Positions 39,644 to 47,253 of a stretch of 64,000 bases of DNA are shown piece by piece (position 1 is the first letter of the stretch; each line of letters opens with the position of its first letter). The stretch is from an uncultured virus (IMG/VR IMGVR_UViG_2579778687_000002) (taxonomy: Duplodnaviria > Heunggongvirae > Uroviricota > Caudoviricetes). Under the pieces are notes generated by a model that worked only from the letters and a program-made list of their open reading frames with translations, did not search any database and had not been told where the DNA came from. Position numbers and translations under genes: made by a program. The DNA lies in the IMG/VR virus record IMGVR_UViG_2579778687_000002, one strand, 5' to 3'.

Positions 39644-40206
39644 TCGTCGTCACCTCGTGGCTTGGGCTGCACGAAGGTGACTGTGCTCTTGACCTCTATG
39701 GCGCCACCATTCGCGCCAGTGTGCTCGTTGGTGATGCGGTCGCCATACTTCTTGGGCGCCATCTTCGACGCCAACCACTTTCGAGCATCTACGCGCAGCT
39801 TCGACCTGGAGATATGGTCGTAGTCGACATGCGTGCGGCCTTCATCGTCCGTGTATGTGTCGTTCGAGCCGTCGTCGGCGATCTGCAGGATCTCTTCAGC
39901 GAGTGTGTCGGCCTGTGCCTCGCGCGCGCGCGCGTACTGCTCTCGCAAATCCGCATGCTGCTCGTCGGCCAGCCACCGGAGGAACGTGGACATCGCTGGC
40001 ATACCCGGTAACTGGCATACCTTCCGTAGGCTCATGCCCTCGGCAAGCGCGGTACAGACAGCCAGGCCGACAGTGGGCGTATATCTGCTCGGGCGACCCG
40101 GTGGCCGTTTCGCTGCGGTCTTGGCTGGGGGACGTGCGGAAGCCCCAGTAGCGCGCTTCTTCGCTACCGGGGCCTTCTTCGGTTTTGTGCTGGGCTTCTG
40201 AGTCAT
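39640..40206 (-). CDS. terS: terminase small subunit
   Basis: GRPSRY plus HTH, YARAREAQAD, DARKWLASKMAPKKYG motifs. Confidence 0.9.
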   Translation of the reverse strand: MTQKPSTKPKKAPVAKKRATGASARPPAKTAAKRPPGRPSRYTPTVGLAVCTALAEGMSLRKVCQLPGMPAMSTFLRWLADEQHADLREQYARAREAQADTLAEEILQIADDGSNDTYTDDEGRTHVDYDHISRSKLRVDARKWLASKMAPKKYGDRITNEHTGANGGAIEVKSTVTFVQPKPRGDDE

Positions 40207-40239
40207 GACCCGGAATTGTCCGGGCCAGAGGGGATGGGT

Positions 40240-40255
40240 CGAACCCTACAGGGGG
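40240..40255 (-). promoter_or_regulatory. late promoter motif copy upstream of terS
   Basis: minus strand CCCCCTGTAGGGTTCG, then GACAAT 19 nt downstream. Confidence 0.65.
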
Positions 40256-40346
40256 ATCATGCAGGTTGGCGAAAACCCTAATCGTTCTGATAATTGTGAC
40301 TGGCATCTCGTTTTTGCTACGGTCCCCAACTGCTTATGCGAAGTAG

Positions 40347-40583
40347 ATGGACATTGGAATGGACGAGATACTGAGGCGTCGATTACGGGCAGAACTGCTA
40401 GAGGTAGGTTTCCTCAATCAGTGCTGCCTGGACTTGATGGCAGCCATGGAGTCGGAGTTTCGCCTCACTCAGGATCAGCACGAGTGCATCGAGCAACTGA
40501 GCCGATTCCTGCAAGAAGGAATCGGCAGGCTGACGGCTCTGTCTGAGCGAGTGGCTGCTGGTGATATCGTCGCCCTATGCTGA
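40347..40583 (+). CDS. small helical hypothetical protein
   Basis: 74-78 aa; similar to 150-371 and 62649-62882. Confidence 0.65.
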   Translation: MDIGMDEILRRRLRAELLEVGFLNQCCLDLMAAMESEFRLTQDQHECIEQLSRFLQEGIGRLTALSERVAAGDIVALC

Positions 40584-40585
40584 GT

Positions 40586-41080
40586 CTATTGCACAGCAGC
40601 GGCATCACTCATGGCTAAGGTGAGTTGCCCACCATCGGTCCTGTCTGCGCGCAATGCTGCCACTTCTCTTTCCAGCTTCCGTATCTTGATCGCCAGCTCT
40701 GCGGCCAGTATCTGGTTCGAATGCCCGATATCGATCGCTGCGAACTGCTGAGCAGCACCCGCCAACAGTTCGCCGAGCATCCGCTTCTCCGCTGGCGTAA
40801 GCGTGATGACGTGATCATCGCTGATCTCGACCTTCGCCCAGCCACCTGGTATCTGCGTGATAGTGATCGGCCTGGGCGGATCGAACTGCGGTGCCGGTAC
40901 GAACACTCCGCGCTCGACGCGCAGCACCAGCAAGTCGTCCACCAGAACGGACAGGCGGTCATCGACAACGCCGGGCTTCAGCCCCGTGAGTTCGACCAGG
41001 GTCTGGCGAGTAACGATCTGCTGCTGGCTGTGCAGTTCCCGAACGGCGTCGAGTACAACCTGGGTCGAAGATTTCTTCAT
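40586..41080 (-). CDS. winged-helix-like DNA-binding protein, candidate late activator
   Basis: N-terminal TRQTLVELTGL...RVERGVF wHTH-like pattern; last gene before packaging genes. Confidence 0.6.
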   Translation of the reverse strand: MKKSSTQVVLDAVRELHSQQQIVTRQTLVELTGLKPGVVDDRLSVLVDDLLVLRVERGVFVPAPQFDPPRPITITQIPGGWAKVEISDDHVITLTPAEKRMLGELLAGAAQQFAAIDIGHSNQILAAELAIKIRKLEREVAALRADRTDGGQLTLAMSDAAAVQ

Positions 41081-41158
41081 CTGCTCTCCCCTTCAGCGAT
41101 GAGCCCGTGTTGACGCAGAATGCGCCACTGCTCCTGCAGCCACTCCTTGAACTGAGGG

Positions 41159-41773
41159 TCAGCCATGCCCTACTCCCCTCCCCATCTTGCGCTTCAGCTC
41201 CCGAGACAGCGCTCGATACTTGGCCTTGATCTCCTTCAGTTCATCGATAGGAAACCGCCGGGGCTCGTGCGGCCCCTCTAGCCATTCGACTTTCTCGGCG
41301 CCGATGCGCTGGACCAAGCGTATGCGGTACTCCACCACGTTGCCGGACATGTCCCTGTTGCAACGCACGCACTGCCGATGCACGTTCAGCGGCTCGAAGC
41401 GCAGAGCCTGACAAGCACCGACGGAGCGGTAATGCCCTGCATCCCAGCGACTGCCGGTGATCAGCCCTGCGTCATAGGCCGTGGAATCGCAACTGATACA
41501 TGGCTTGTCGGCGTCGCGTAGGCGAATCCACTCGTTGAAAGCGGCCTGCGCCTCACGCATATGGTCCGAACGGGTCTTGAAGCGTTCCTTGGCCGCACGG
41601 ATCTCGCGGCGCTCTATCTTCGCCAGAGACTTCCGCTCTCTCTCTCGCTTGGCAGCCGCCAACGCCAATCCGCACTTCGGACTGCACACTGACTGTAGCG
41701 ATCGCTCCGGGGTGAATACCTCCCGGCACGCCTTGCACGTCTTCTTGCGAGGCTTCTTCGCGGCGACCAGCAT
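41159..41773 (-). CDS. ninG: NinG/Rap-like recombination endonuclease
   Basis: CKAC...CSPKC, FNEWIRLRD..PCISC, DAGHYRS, NVHRQCVRCN. Confidence 0.88.
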   Translation of the reverse strand: MLVAAKKPRKKTCKACREVFTPERSLQSVCSPKCGLALAAAKRERERKSLAKIERREIRAAKERFKTRSDHMREAQAAFNEWIRLRDADKPCISCDSTAYDAGLITGSRWDAGHYRSVGACQALRFEPLNVHRQCVRCNRDMSGNVVEYRIRLVQRIGAEKVEWLEGPHEPRRFPIDELKEIKAKYRALSRELKRKMGRGVGHG

Positions 41774-41828
41774 CACACCACCTCCGCGGTAGGGTCGACG
41801 AATCCCCAGTAGTCGTCGCGGCTCCGGG

Positions 41829-42380
41829 TCATACCACCTCCTCGGGCATCATGTTGATCATGTCGCCGATCTGCTCTTCGCTCATGCCCGTCCAGTAGTG
41901 CTCGATCAGGTGCTGGCAGATGCCTCGCCAGAACTCAAGGAACCGCTCCTCGGGCATTTCGTCGAACGCCAACGACTCCGGCACCAGGCGCGACACGCGC
42001 CCCAGCCCGCCCAGGTCGAAATACTCCGAGCTACAGCAGACCCCGGCGTCTCCCTGTAGCTTCTTGATCACCGAGTGCGCATCCACCCCCTGGAACCCAT
42101 CCACATTGCGCGCGACTAACTGGCCCAGGCGGTGGACCAGGCGGTGCTTGCGAACGTCCCGCGGCTGCTTCAGCTCCGCGCGCACTTTTGCGCCAGCCTT
42201 ATACCCGCGCTCCTTCAGCAGGAACTTGTCGATGCCGCTGTCGGCGACCAGGGCCAGGCGAACCTCGCCGGTGTCCGGGTCGACCATGCGCTTGAACTCC
42301 AGGTAGATCGGCCGCCCGGCGCGCTTCCTCTTCGCCGCCGCGCTCTTGGCCGGCGCCTGGGTTGATAGTGCTTCAGCCAT
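41829..42380 (-). CDS. nin-region hypothetical protein
   Basis: 183 aa from MAEALSTQ; PESLAFDEMPEERF motif. Confidence 0.65.
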   Translation of the reverse strand: MAEALSTQAPAKSAAAKRKRAGRPIYLEFKRMVDPDTGEVRLALVADSGIDKFLLKERGYKAGAKVRAELKQPRDVRKHRLVHRLGQLVARNVDGFQGVDAHSVIKKLQGDAGVCCSSEYFDLGGLGRVSRLVPESLAFDEMPEERFLEFWRGICQHLIEHYWTGMSEEQIGDMINMMPEEVV

Positions 42381-43230
42381 GTTGAACCTCCTGGCTCTGT
42401 AGCTGATCGATGGTTTGAAGAACCGCGGCGCGCCGACGGTCCATGTCTTCGCGCTCGTGGCGCAGGTGGCGATCACGCAGTCGGACCTTCGCCTTTTCCC
42501 TGCGGACCAAGCGCTTCTTGATGTCTTCAAGCCGCCGGCGAAAGTCGTCTGGCACATCCCCCCCACCAGCAGCCTCCCTCGCAAGGGCTTCGCGGGTCAG
42601 TGGGTCATTCGTCAGTGCCAGCAGCCGGTCGGAGGGTCCAGTCAGCAGCCCGGCGATTGCGCTGCCGGCCGGCGAAACCGGTTCGAGTACGTGCTGTTCG
42701 AGCAGCAACTGCGCTGCCGGCGCCAGCAGACGCCCCAGGCGTTCCGCTTCCTCGATCGCAGCAGCTCGGCGGCCCGCATCGCTGCCCAACGACAGCGACC
42801 ACCTGGCGGGCAGCGCCTGCTGCCTGGCACGAGTGAGCAGGCGCTCGTAGGCGGCAATGAACGCCATGCGCGCGCCCACCCGGTCACCACGCCCCTTCAT
42901 AAGCGGTGCGGCTACCACAGCCGCCTGCTGGATTTCCGGCGTCATAAGCACCGTTTCAGCCTCGTCGAAGCTCTGTAGGGCGATCGCCCAGGCCTCGTTC
43001 GGCTCGGGCCGACCGTCGGCGGACTCGACATGCCGGAGTACAGCGGCAACAGTGAATCGTCCGCCCTCCCGGCGAACGGCCTGCAATGCGGCGGTCAGCA
43101 CTGGCTCGTCGTAGGCAGCCAGGTCTTGAACCATGAGTTGGGCAGCGGCCGGCGTGAGTTGCTGACCCATTGCCTCGGCGGTGCCGAAAAGGGAAAGCAG
43201 CAGTTCGTCTTGTTGCTCAGGCGTCAGCAT
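42373..43230 (-). CDS. replication-associated protein (position of helicase loader)
   Basis: 285 aa overlapping the initiator gene; DGRPEPNEAW motif. Confidence 0.65.
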   Translation of the reverse strand: MLTPEQQDELLLSLFGTAEAMGQQLTPAAAQLMVQDLAAYDEPVLTAALQAVRREGGRFTVAAVLRHVESADGRPEPNEAWAIALQSFDEAETVLMTPEIQQAAVVAAPLMKGRGDRVGARMAFIAAYERLLTRARQQALPARWSLSLGSDAGRRAAAIEEAERLGRLLAPAAQLLLEQHVLEPVSPAGSAIAGLLTGPSDRLLALTNDPLTREALAREAAGGGDVPDDFRRRLEDIKKRLVRREKAKVRLRDRHLRHEREDMDRRRAAVLQTIDQLQSQEVQHG

Positions 43231-44263
43231 GGGCAGCCCTCCTCGCTCTCTGCTCGGCCAGGGCCTGCTCAGCGGCGGACAAGTTCGATGCGGTGTTCTC
43301 CTGCTGGCGTGCCTGCGTTCCGGTGGTCGGGCGATTGGTCAACCACATCGTGTGGTAGCCCTCAGCGTTCGCCAGCAACAGGCCGAGGGGATGGTGCTGA
43401 GCAATCAGTCGAGCATCGTGGATGCACTTGACGTAGAACGCGGCCACCTTTGGCGCGTCGGCCTGGCCCACACGATCGATCAGCTTCGAAAGCTTGCCGG
43501 CAACCGACGCGTTCCAAACCGGCCAAGCGGTGTATCGAGTGCGATAGGCCATGGCGTAGTTGGCCCATGTGCGGTACGCCTTGCAGTTCGGGTCTTTCGG
43601 GCCTGGCATGTCGGCCGGTATCTGGCAGCGCGGCCCGGGCTCTTGCTCGGCGCCGACGAATTCCCCGCCCGGGGCCGGCGCAGCCTCCCCGGCAATATCC
43701 TGATTGGTACCCTGATTACTGGTTACCTGATTACTGGTTACCTGATTACTGGTTACCTGATTACTGGTTACCTGATTTGTCGGAGATTTTTCCGACCCTG
43801 AACGGATTTTTTTCCGACCTACCCCGGATTTTTTTCCGATCTTGGTCGGAGATTTTTCCGACCTACCTGCATCGGATTTTTCTCCGACCTCGGAAGAATT
43901 TCCGACCTCGGATTTTTCTCCGACCTGGGTCGGATATTTTTCCGACCCGTCCAGTTTCCGATTCCACTCCTGCCCCTTCGCAGTTAGCCGCACGAGTGTG
44001 ATGGTTGCTGTGCTCGACAGATCGATCACACCGGCCGCAGCGATCTGCTTCAGCAAGCGGTACGCCGTGTCCGGCTTGTCCGTCAGCAGCGGCAACTCCT
44101 CGAGGATCTTCGCTTTGCTCAGGGCGTAGAAATCACCTGCGGGCGTCTGAACCAGGCGCGCCCAACTCGGGCACTCGTAGACGAAGGCGAACAGCAGCGC
44201 CTGCTGCGAGTTCAGCCCCCACTCGAGCGCTTTCGCTTGATTGATCGTCACGGTGAACTGCAT
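43217..44263 (-). CDS. replication initiator (lambda O-like) with internal origin
   Basis: starts MQFTVTINQ right after cro; N-terminal HTH-like region; iterons inside the gene. Confidence 0.8.
   Translation of the reverse strand: MQFTVTINQAKALEWGLNSQQALLFAFVYECPSWARLVQTPAGDFYALSKAKILEELPLLTDKPDTAYRLLKQIAAAGVIDLSSTATITLVRLTAKGQEWNRKLDGSEKYPTQVGEKSEVGNSSEVGEKSDAGRSEKSPTKIGKKSGVGRKKIRSGSEKSPTNQVTSNQVTSNQVTSNQVTSNQGTNQDIAGEAAPAPGGEFVGAEQEPGPRCQIPADMPGPKDPNCKAYRTWANYAMAYRTRYTAWPVWNASVAGKLSKLIDRVGQADAPKVAAFYVKCIHDARLIAQHHPLGLLLANAEGYHTMWLTNRPTTGTQARQQENTASNLSAAEQALAEQRARRAAHADA
43711..43777. repeat. 15-bp tandem repeat, about 4.5 copies
   Basis: CCTGATTACTGGTTA x4 plus CCTGATT; encodes NQVTS repeats. 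Confidence 0.95.
43780..43947. repeat. iteron array (probable replication origin), 8 copies
   Basis: (T)CGGA-N6-TCCGA(CC) with GGA starts at 43782, 43804, 43826, 43848, 43874, 43892, 43910, 43932. Confidence 0.85.
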
Positions 44264-44264
44264 G

Positions 44265-44465
44265 TCACGAAGCCATGCGCACCTTTTGGGCCGGGAAGGC
44301 GCGCACCTCCTCAGCAGAGTACGAACCATCTTCGCAGCGGTAGACATTGATCTTCCTCCCCGCTCGAAGCGCCTTACTGATGGCCCCCTGGGTCACGCCG
44401 AGCAGCTCCGCTGCCTTCGCCTGCCCTTGCTCGGCCACAAATTCGTTAATGGGAATGATCTGCAT
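44265..44465 (-). CDS. cro: Cro-like repressor
   Basis: GQAKAAELLGVTQGAISKALRAGR HTH and AEEVRAFP tail as in lambda Cro. Confidence 0.9.
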   Translation of the reverse strand: MQIIPINEFVAEQGQAKAAELLGVTQGAISKALRAGRKINVYRCEDGSYSAEEVRAFPAQKVRMAS

Positions 44466-44493
44466 ATGCCCTCCTACGCGGTCATTCCGAATT

Positions 44494-44555
44494 ATTACTT
44501 GCGGTCTTTAATTTTACAAGACCGGCGATCTTAGAGAAATATGAACACTGGTAAT
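44494..44555. promoter_or_regulatory. three repressor operators (OR-like) with divergent promoters
   Basis: ATTAC-ttgcg-GTCTT (44494), AAGAC-cggcg-ATCTT (44518), ATGAA-cactg-GTAAT (44541); spacing 24 and 23 bp. Confidence 0.7.
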
Positions 44556-44566
44556 ATCATGAGTGG

Positions 44567-45370
44567 ATGAACATGAAATCGAAGAAGCGGCCGCTCACGG
44601 CCGAAGAAAAGCAGGAGTGCCAAGCTCTCAATGCCATTTACAAGGCGAAGAAAAGAGAACTCGGCATCACTCAAGAGAAGATCGCCCTCGAGGGGCTTGG
44701 CGCCACCACCCAGAGTGCGGCAAGTCATTACCTCACTGGGAAGAACGCGCTGAACGCAGAGGCAGCAGCGGTTTTCGCTCGCTATCTTGAGATTCAGGTC
44801 AGGGACTTCAGCCCGCGCCTGGCCGAGGAGATAGAGCGCATGGCAACGACGGTACGCCCCAAGCCGGTTGCAAATACCAGGGGCGACCTCGAACCGATCC
44901 CCGTCTGGGATGACGGCGATCCACTGGATGCCAATGAAGTCGAGATTCCCTATTTCAACGAAATTCAGATTGCAGCGGGGGATGGTCGCTTGCCTGATCT
45001 GGAGCAGGCGAAGCGCAAAATTCGGTTCCCTCGCACAGTCCTCCGGGAGTCGGGAGTAGACCCCAAGAACTCGGTCTGCGTGAACGTTACGGGGAACTCT
45101 ATGGAACCGCTGATCGCAGACGGCGCGATCATCGGAGTCGATCTATCAGTCAGCACAATCACTGACGGCGAGATCTATGCCCTGAAGCATGACGATATGC
45201 TGCGAGTGAAGTTCGTCTATCGCCTACCCGGCGGAGGCATCCGCCTGCGCAGCTTTAACCGTGACGAATACCCAGACGAGGAGTACACCAGGGACCAAAT
45301 GCGTGAGAGTAACCTCAGCATCATCGGTTGGGTCTTCTGGTGGTCCGTCATGAGACGTAGAAAACACTGA
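44567..45370 (+). CDS. cI: CI-like repressor, HTH plus S24 peptidase
   Basis: ITQEKIA...SHYLTG HTH; AAG cleavage site, GNSMEP serine motif, RVK lysine. Confidence 0.92.
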   Translation: MNMKSKKRPLTAEEKQECQALNAIYKAKKRELGITQEKIALEGLGATTQSAASHYLTGKNALNAEAAAVFARYLEIQVRDFSPRLAEEIERMATTVRPKPVANTRGDLEPIPVWDDGDPLDANEVEIPYFNEIQIAAGDGRLPDLEQAKRKIRFPRTVLRESGVDPKNSVCVNVTGNSMEPLIADGAIIGVDLSVSTITDGEIYALKHDDMLRVKFVYRLPGGGIRLRSFNRDEYPDEEYTRDQMRESNLSIIGWVFWWSVMRRRKH

Positions 45371-45406
45371 GCCCGCTCCCACCCGCCTGGCCAGCCCCGT
45401 CCGGGG

Positions 45407-45673
45407 CTACCAGGCCTGCTCGCCCCTCTCCTGCTCCTCCCACCTCAACGTGACGCTGCCGTCATCGTTGAAAGTCAGATCAATGCCGTCCGTCTCGGCC
45501 AACACTTCCATAATCCCTTCCCAGGCCTCGTCTGCATCCGTGTCCAGACGGTGAATAGTTACTGTCCGAAGCTCTTGGGCCTTCGGCGAGTTGATCATCT
45601 GGGTCACCCGCAACCCTAGCTTCTCACCCGCGGTGAGAACCTGGGCTTCCTGCTTTTTCTTTTGCTTGGCCAT
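45407..45673 (-). CDS. DUF1654-like protein, SOS-regulated
   Basis: EKLGLRVTQMINSPKAQ...DDGSVTLRW pattern; GGAGG SD; LexA box upstream. Confidence 0.75.
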   Translation of the reverse strand: MAKQKKKQEAQVLTAGEKLGLRVTQMINSPKAQELRTVTIHRLDTDADEAWEGIMEVLAETDGIDLTFNDDGSVTLRWEEQERGEQAW

Positions 45674-45688
45674 AAGCACCTCCACAAG

Positions 45689-45729
45689 CTGTATATCCAT
45701 ACAGTATTACCAGAACCCCTACTTTTCAA
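45689..45729 (-). promoter_or_regulatory. sigma70 promoter overlapped by a LexA box
   Basis: CTGTATATCCATACAG at 45689-45704; minus strand TTGAAA-N17-TACTGT. Confidence 0.8.
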
Positions 45730-45750
45730 GAGCGCTATTTTGATTTTTTT

Positions 45751-45792
45751 AATACCGCAGGTCTTGACCAATAATATGACCGCTGATAATTT
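45751..45792 (+). promoter_or_regulatory. PL-like early promoter with two operators
   Basis: AATAC-cgcag-GTCTT (45751) and ATGAC-cgctg-ATAAT (45776); TTGACC-N17-TAATTT with TG extension. Confidence 0.7.
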
Positions 45793-46084
45793 TCATGCCG
45801 TCGGCACAGAACATCGTGACGACAGAACAGGCCACAGCGAGCCAAGGCCTTGCCGACAGGCAGAACGGGATTCAGGGGACGCCTCGCCCCGGGTGTGCAG
45901 CTTCGAGCACCGCAAGCGAGAGTCGGCAGCAAAGCGTGGCCGGCTGTCGGGATCTCAGGTCCCCCGAGAAAGCATTCGCCCAGCCGGAGGTGGCGCGTAA
46001 CGCCGGCCAGCAATACCGATTTCCTAGATGCCCCTCGCCAGTACGGGAGGGGCATACGGGAAGCCACAACGAGAGGAAACACCG

Positions 46085-46258
46085 ATGTTCAAGAAAGGCC
46101 AGTCCGTGATCCTGACCAACCCGCGTGGCGTCGCGAAGGAAGGCAAGTTCCTGCGCACCATCAACAAGGGCACCGGCCGCGGTGGCGGTGAGTACCTGGT
46201 CGTCGAAGTGAACGGCAAAGAGCTGCAGGCCCGCGCCTGCAAGGTGAAAGCCGCATAA
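46085..46258 (+). CDS. 57-aa basic beta-rich protein, first gene of the early operon
   Basis: MFKKGQSVILTN...; GAGG SD. Confidence 0.7.
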   Translation: MFKKGQSVILTNPRGVAKEGKFLRTINKGTGRGGGEYLVVEVNGKELQARACKVKAA

Positions 46259-46307
46259 GGAGCATGCCCCGGTTCGCCGGGGCTTTACCGCACTGGAGGG
46301 CAAGACG

Positions 46308-46514
46308 ATGAGCACTCAAGCTCAAGCATTCCACCTCATGATCGAAGTCAAGTATGGCGATAGCCCGTCCTATTGGCATCCGGCTTTCGAAGCTGAGACC
46401 CAAGAGGAGGCCAACGAGCTGTTCCAGCACTTCCCCCAGGCCTACGGTGAAATTTCCCGCCGCATCATGGTAGGCGCCCCTTCTACGGACTGCACAGAAC
46501 TGCGGCCCTGCTAA
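46308..46514 (+). CDS. 68-aa acidic hypothetical protein
   Basis: GGAGG SD; flanked by direct-repeat hairpins. Confidence 0.6.
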   Translation: MSTQAQAFHLMIEVKYGDSPSYWHPAFEAETQEEANELFQHFPQAYGEISRRIMVGAPSTDCTELRPC

Positions 46515-46578
46515 GCAACCCGCCCCGGTTCGCCGGGACTGCACACCAGCCCCACCGAACTCTATCCGGAGACACCCG

Positions 46579-46791
46579 ATGAAGCGAAACGCCAACCCGG
46601 CGGCGACCGTTGCTGCCTGGAATTCCGCATACCGCGTCGGCACCGAGGTCGACTACCGATTCCATCGCGGCGCGGCGCCGAAGCGCACCAAGACGACAAC
46701 CGAAGCCCAGCTCCTCGGCGGCCACACTGCTGTCGTCTGGCTCGCCGGCGTGTCCGGTTGCGTTGCCCTTTCCCACTGCGAGCCGGCCTGA
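46579..46791 (+). CDS. 70-aa protein, stand-alone paralogue of the CsrA-fusion C-terminal domain
   Basis: GGAG SD; shares AWNS, VDY and AVVW motifs with the next gene. Confidence 0.75.
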   Translation: MKRNANPAATVAAWNSAYRVGTEVDYRFHRGAAPKRTKTTTEAQLLGGHTAVVWLAGVSGCVALSHCEPA

Positions 46792-46825
46792 GCCCGCGCG
46801 CCCAGCATCCTGATCGGAGGCACAC

Positions 46826-47197
46826 ATGCTGATCCTCACCCGCCGAGTCGGCGAAACCCTGCATATCGGCGACAACATCACCGTCACGGTCCTCGGCAGC
46901 CAAGGCGACCAGGTGCGCCTCGGCATCACAGCCCCGGACAACGTCGCCATTCACCGCTCCGAGATCTACCAGCAGATCGGCAACGTCCGTCCGGTGCCGC
47001 CGGCGGAGCTGGTCGAGGCCTGGAACAGCAGGCATTCCGGCCCGGCCACTGTCGACTATTGCGCGTACCGGGACGCCACACCCGTTCGAACTCGCACGCT
47101 CGGGCTGGCGCGGCTATCCGCCGCCGGCATGGCGGTCGTGTGGGTCGAGGGCCAAGCCACGCCGGTGCTGCTGCGCAACTGCACCGCTGTCTCTTGA
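46826..47197 (+). CDS. csrA: CsrA/RsmA-family RNA-binding domain fused to an extra domain
   Basis: [24 protein letters not shown]...VRLGITAP...[10 protein letters not shown] is a canonical CsrA sequence. Confidence 0.92.
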   Translation: MLILTRRVGETLHIGDNITVTVLGSQGDQVRLGITAPDNVAIHRSEIYQQIGNVRPVPPAELVEAWNSRHSGPATVDYCAYRDATPVRTRTLGLARLSAAGMAVVWVEGQATPVLLRNCTAVS

Positions 47198-47253
47198 TCC
47201 GCTCCCCTGGCGCTCCGGCGCCAGGGCACAATGGGAAGTGATCAAGAAGGTTC

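Noticed and set aside
41128..41139. CTGC-AGGA-GCAG hairpin as another member of the GGAG hairpin family
   Set aside because: Different stem and loop, inside a mini-ORF and about 50 nt from the next start; may be chance
43711..43947. Repeat array considered as a CRISPR array
   Set aside because: Units are 15-22 bp without unique spacers of CRISPR length, lie inside a coding gene, and no cas genes are present; fits iterons plus a tandem repeat
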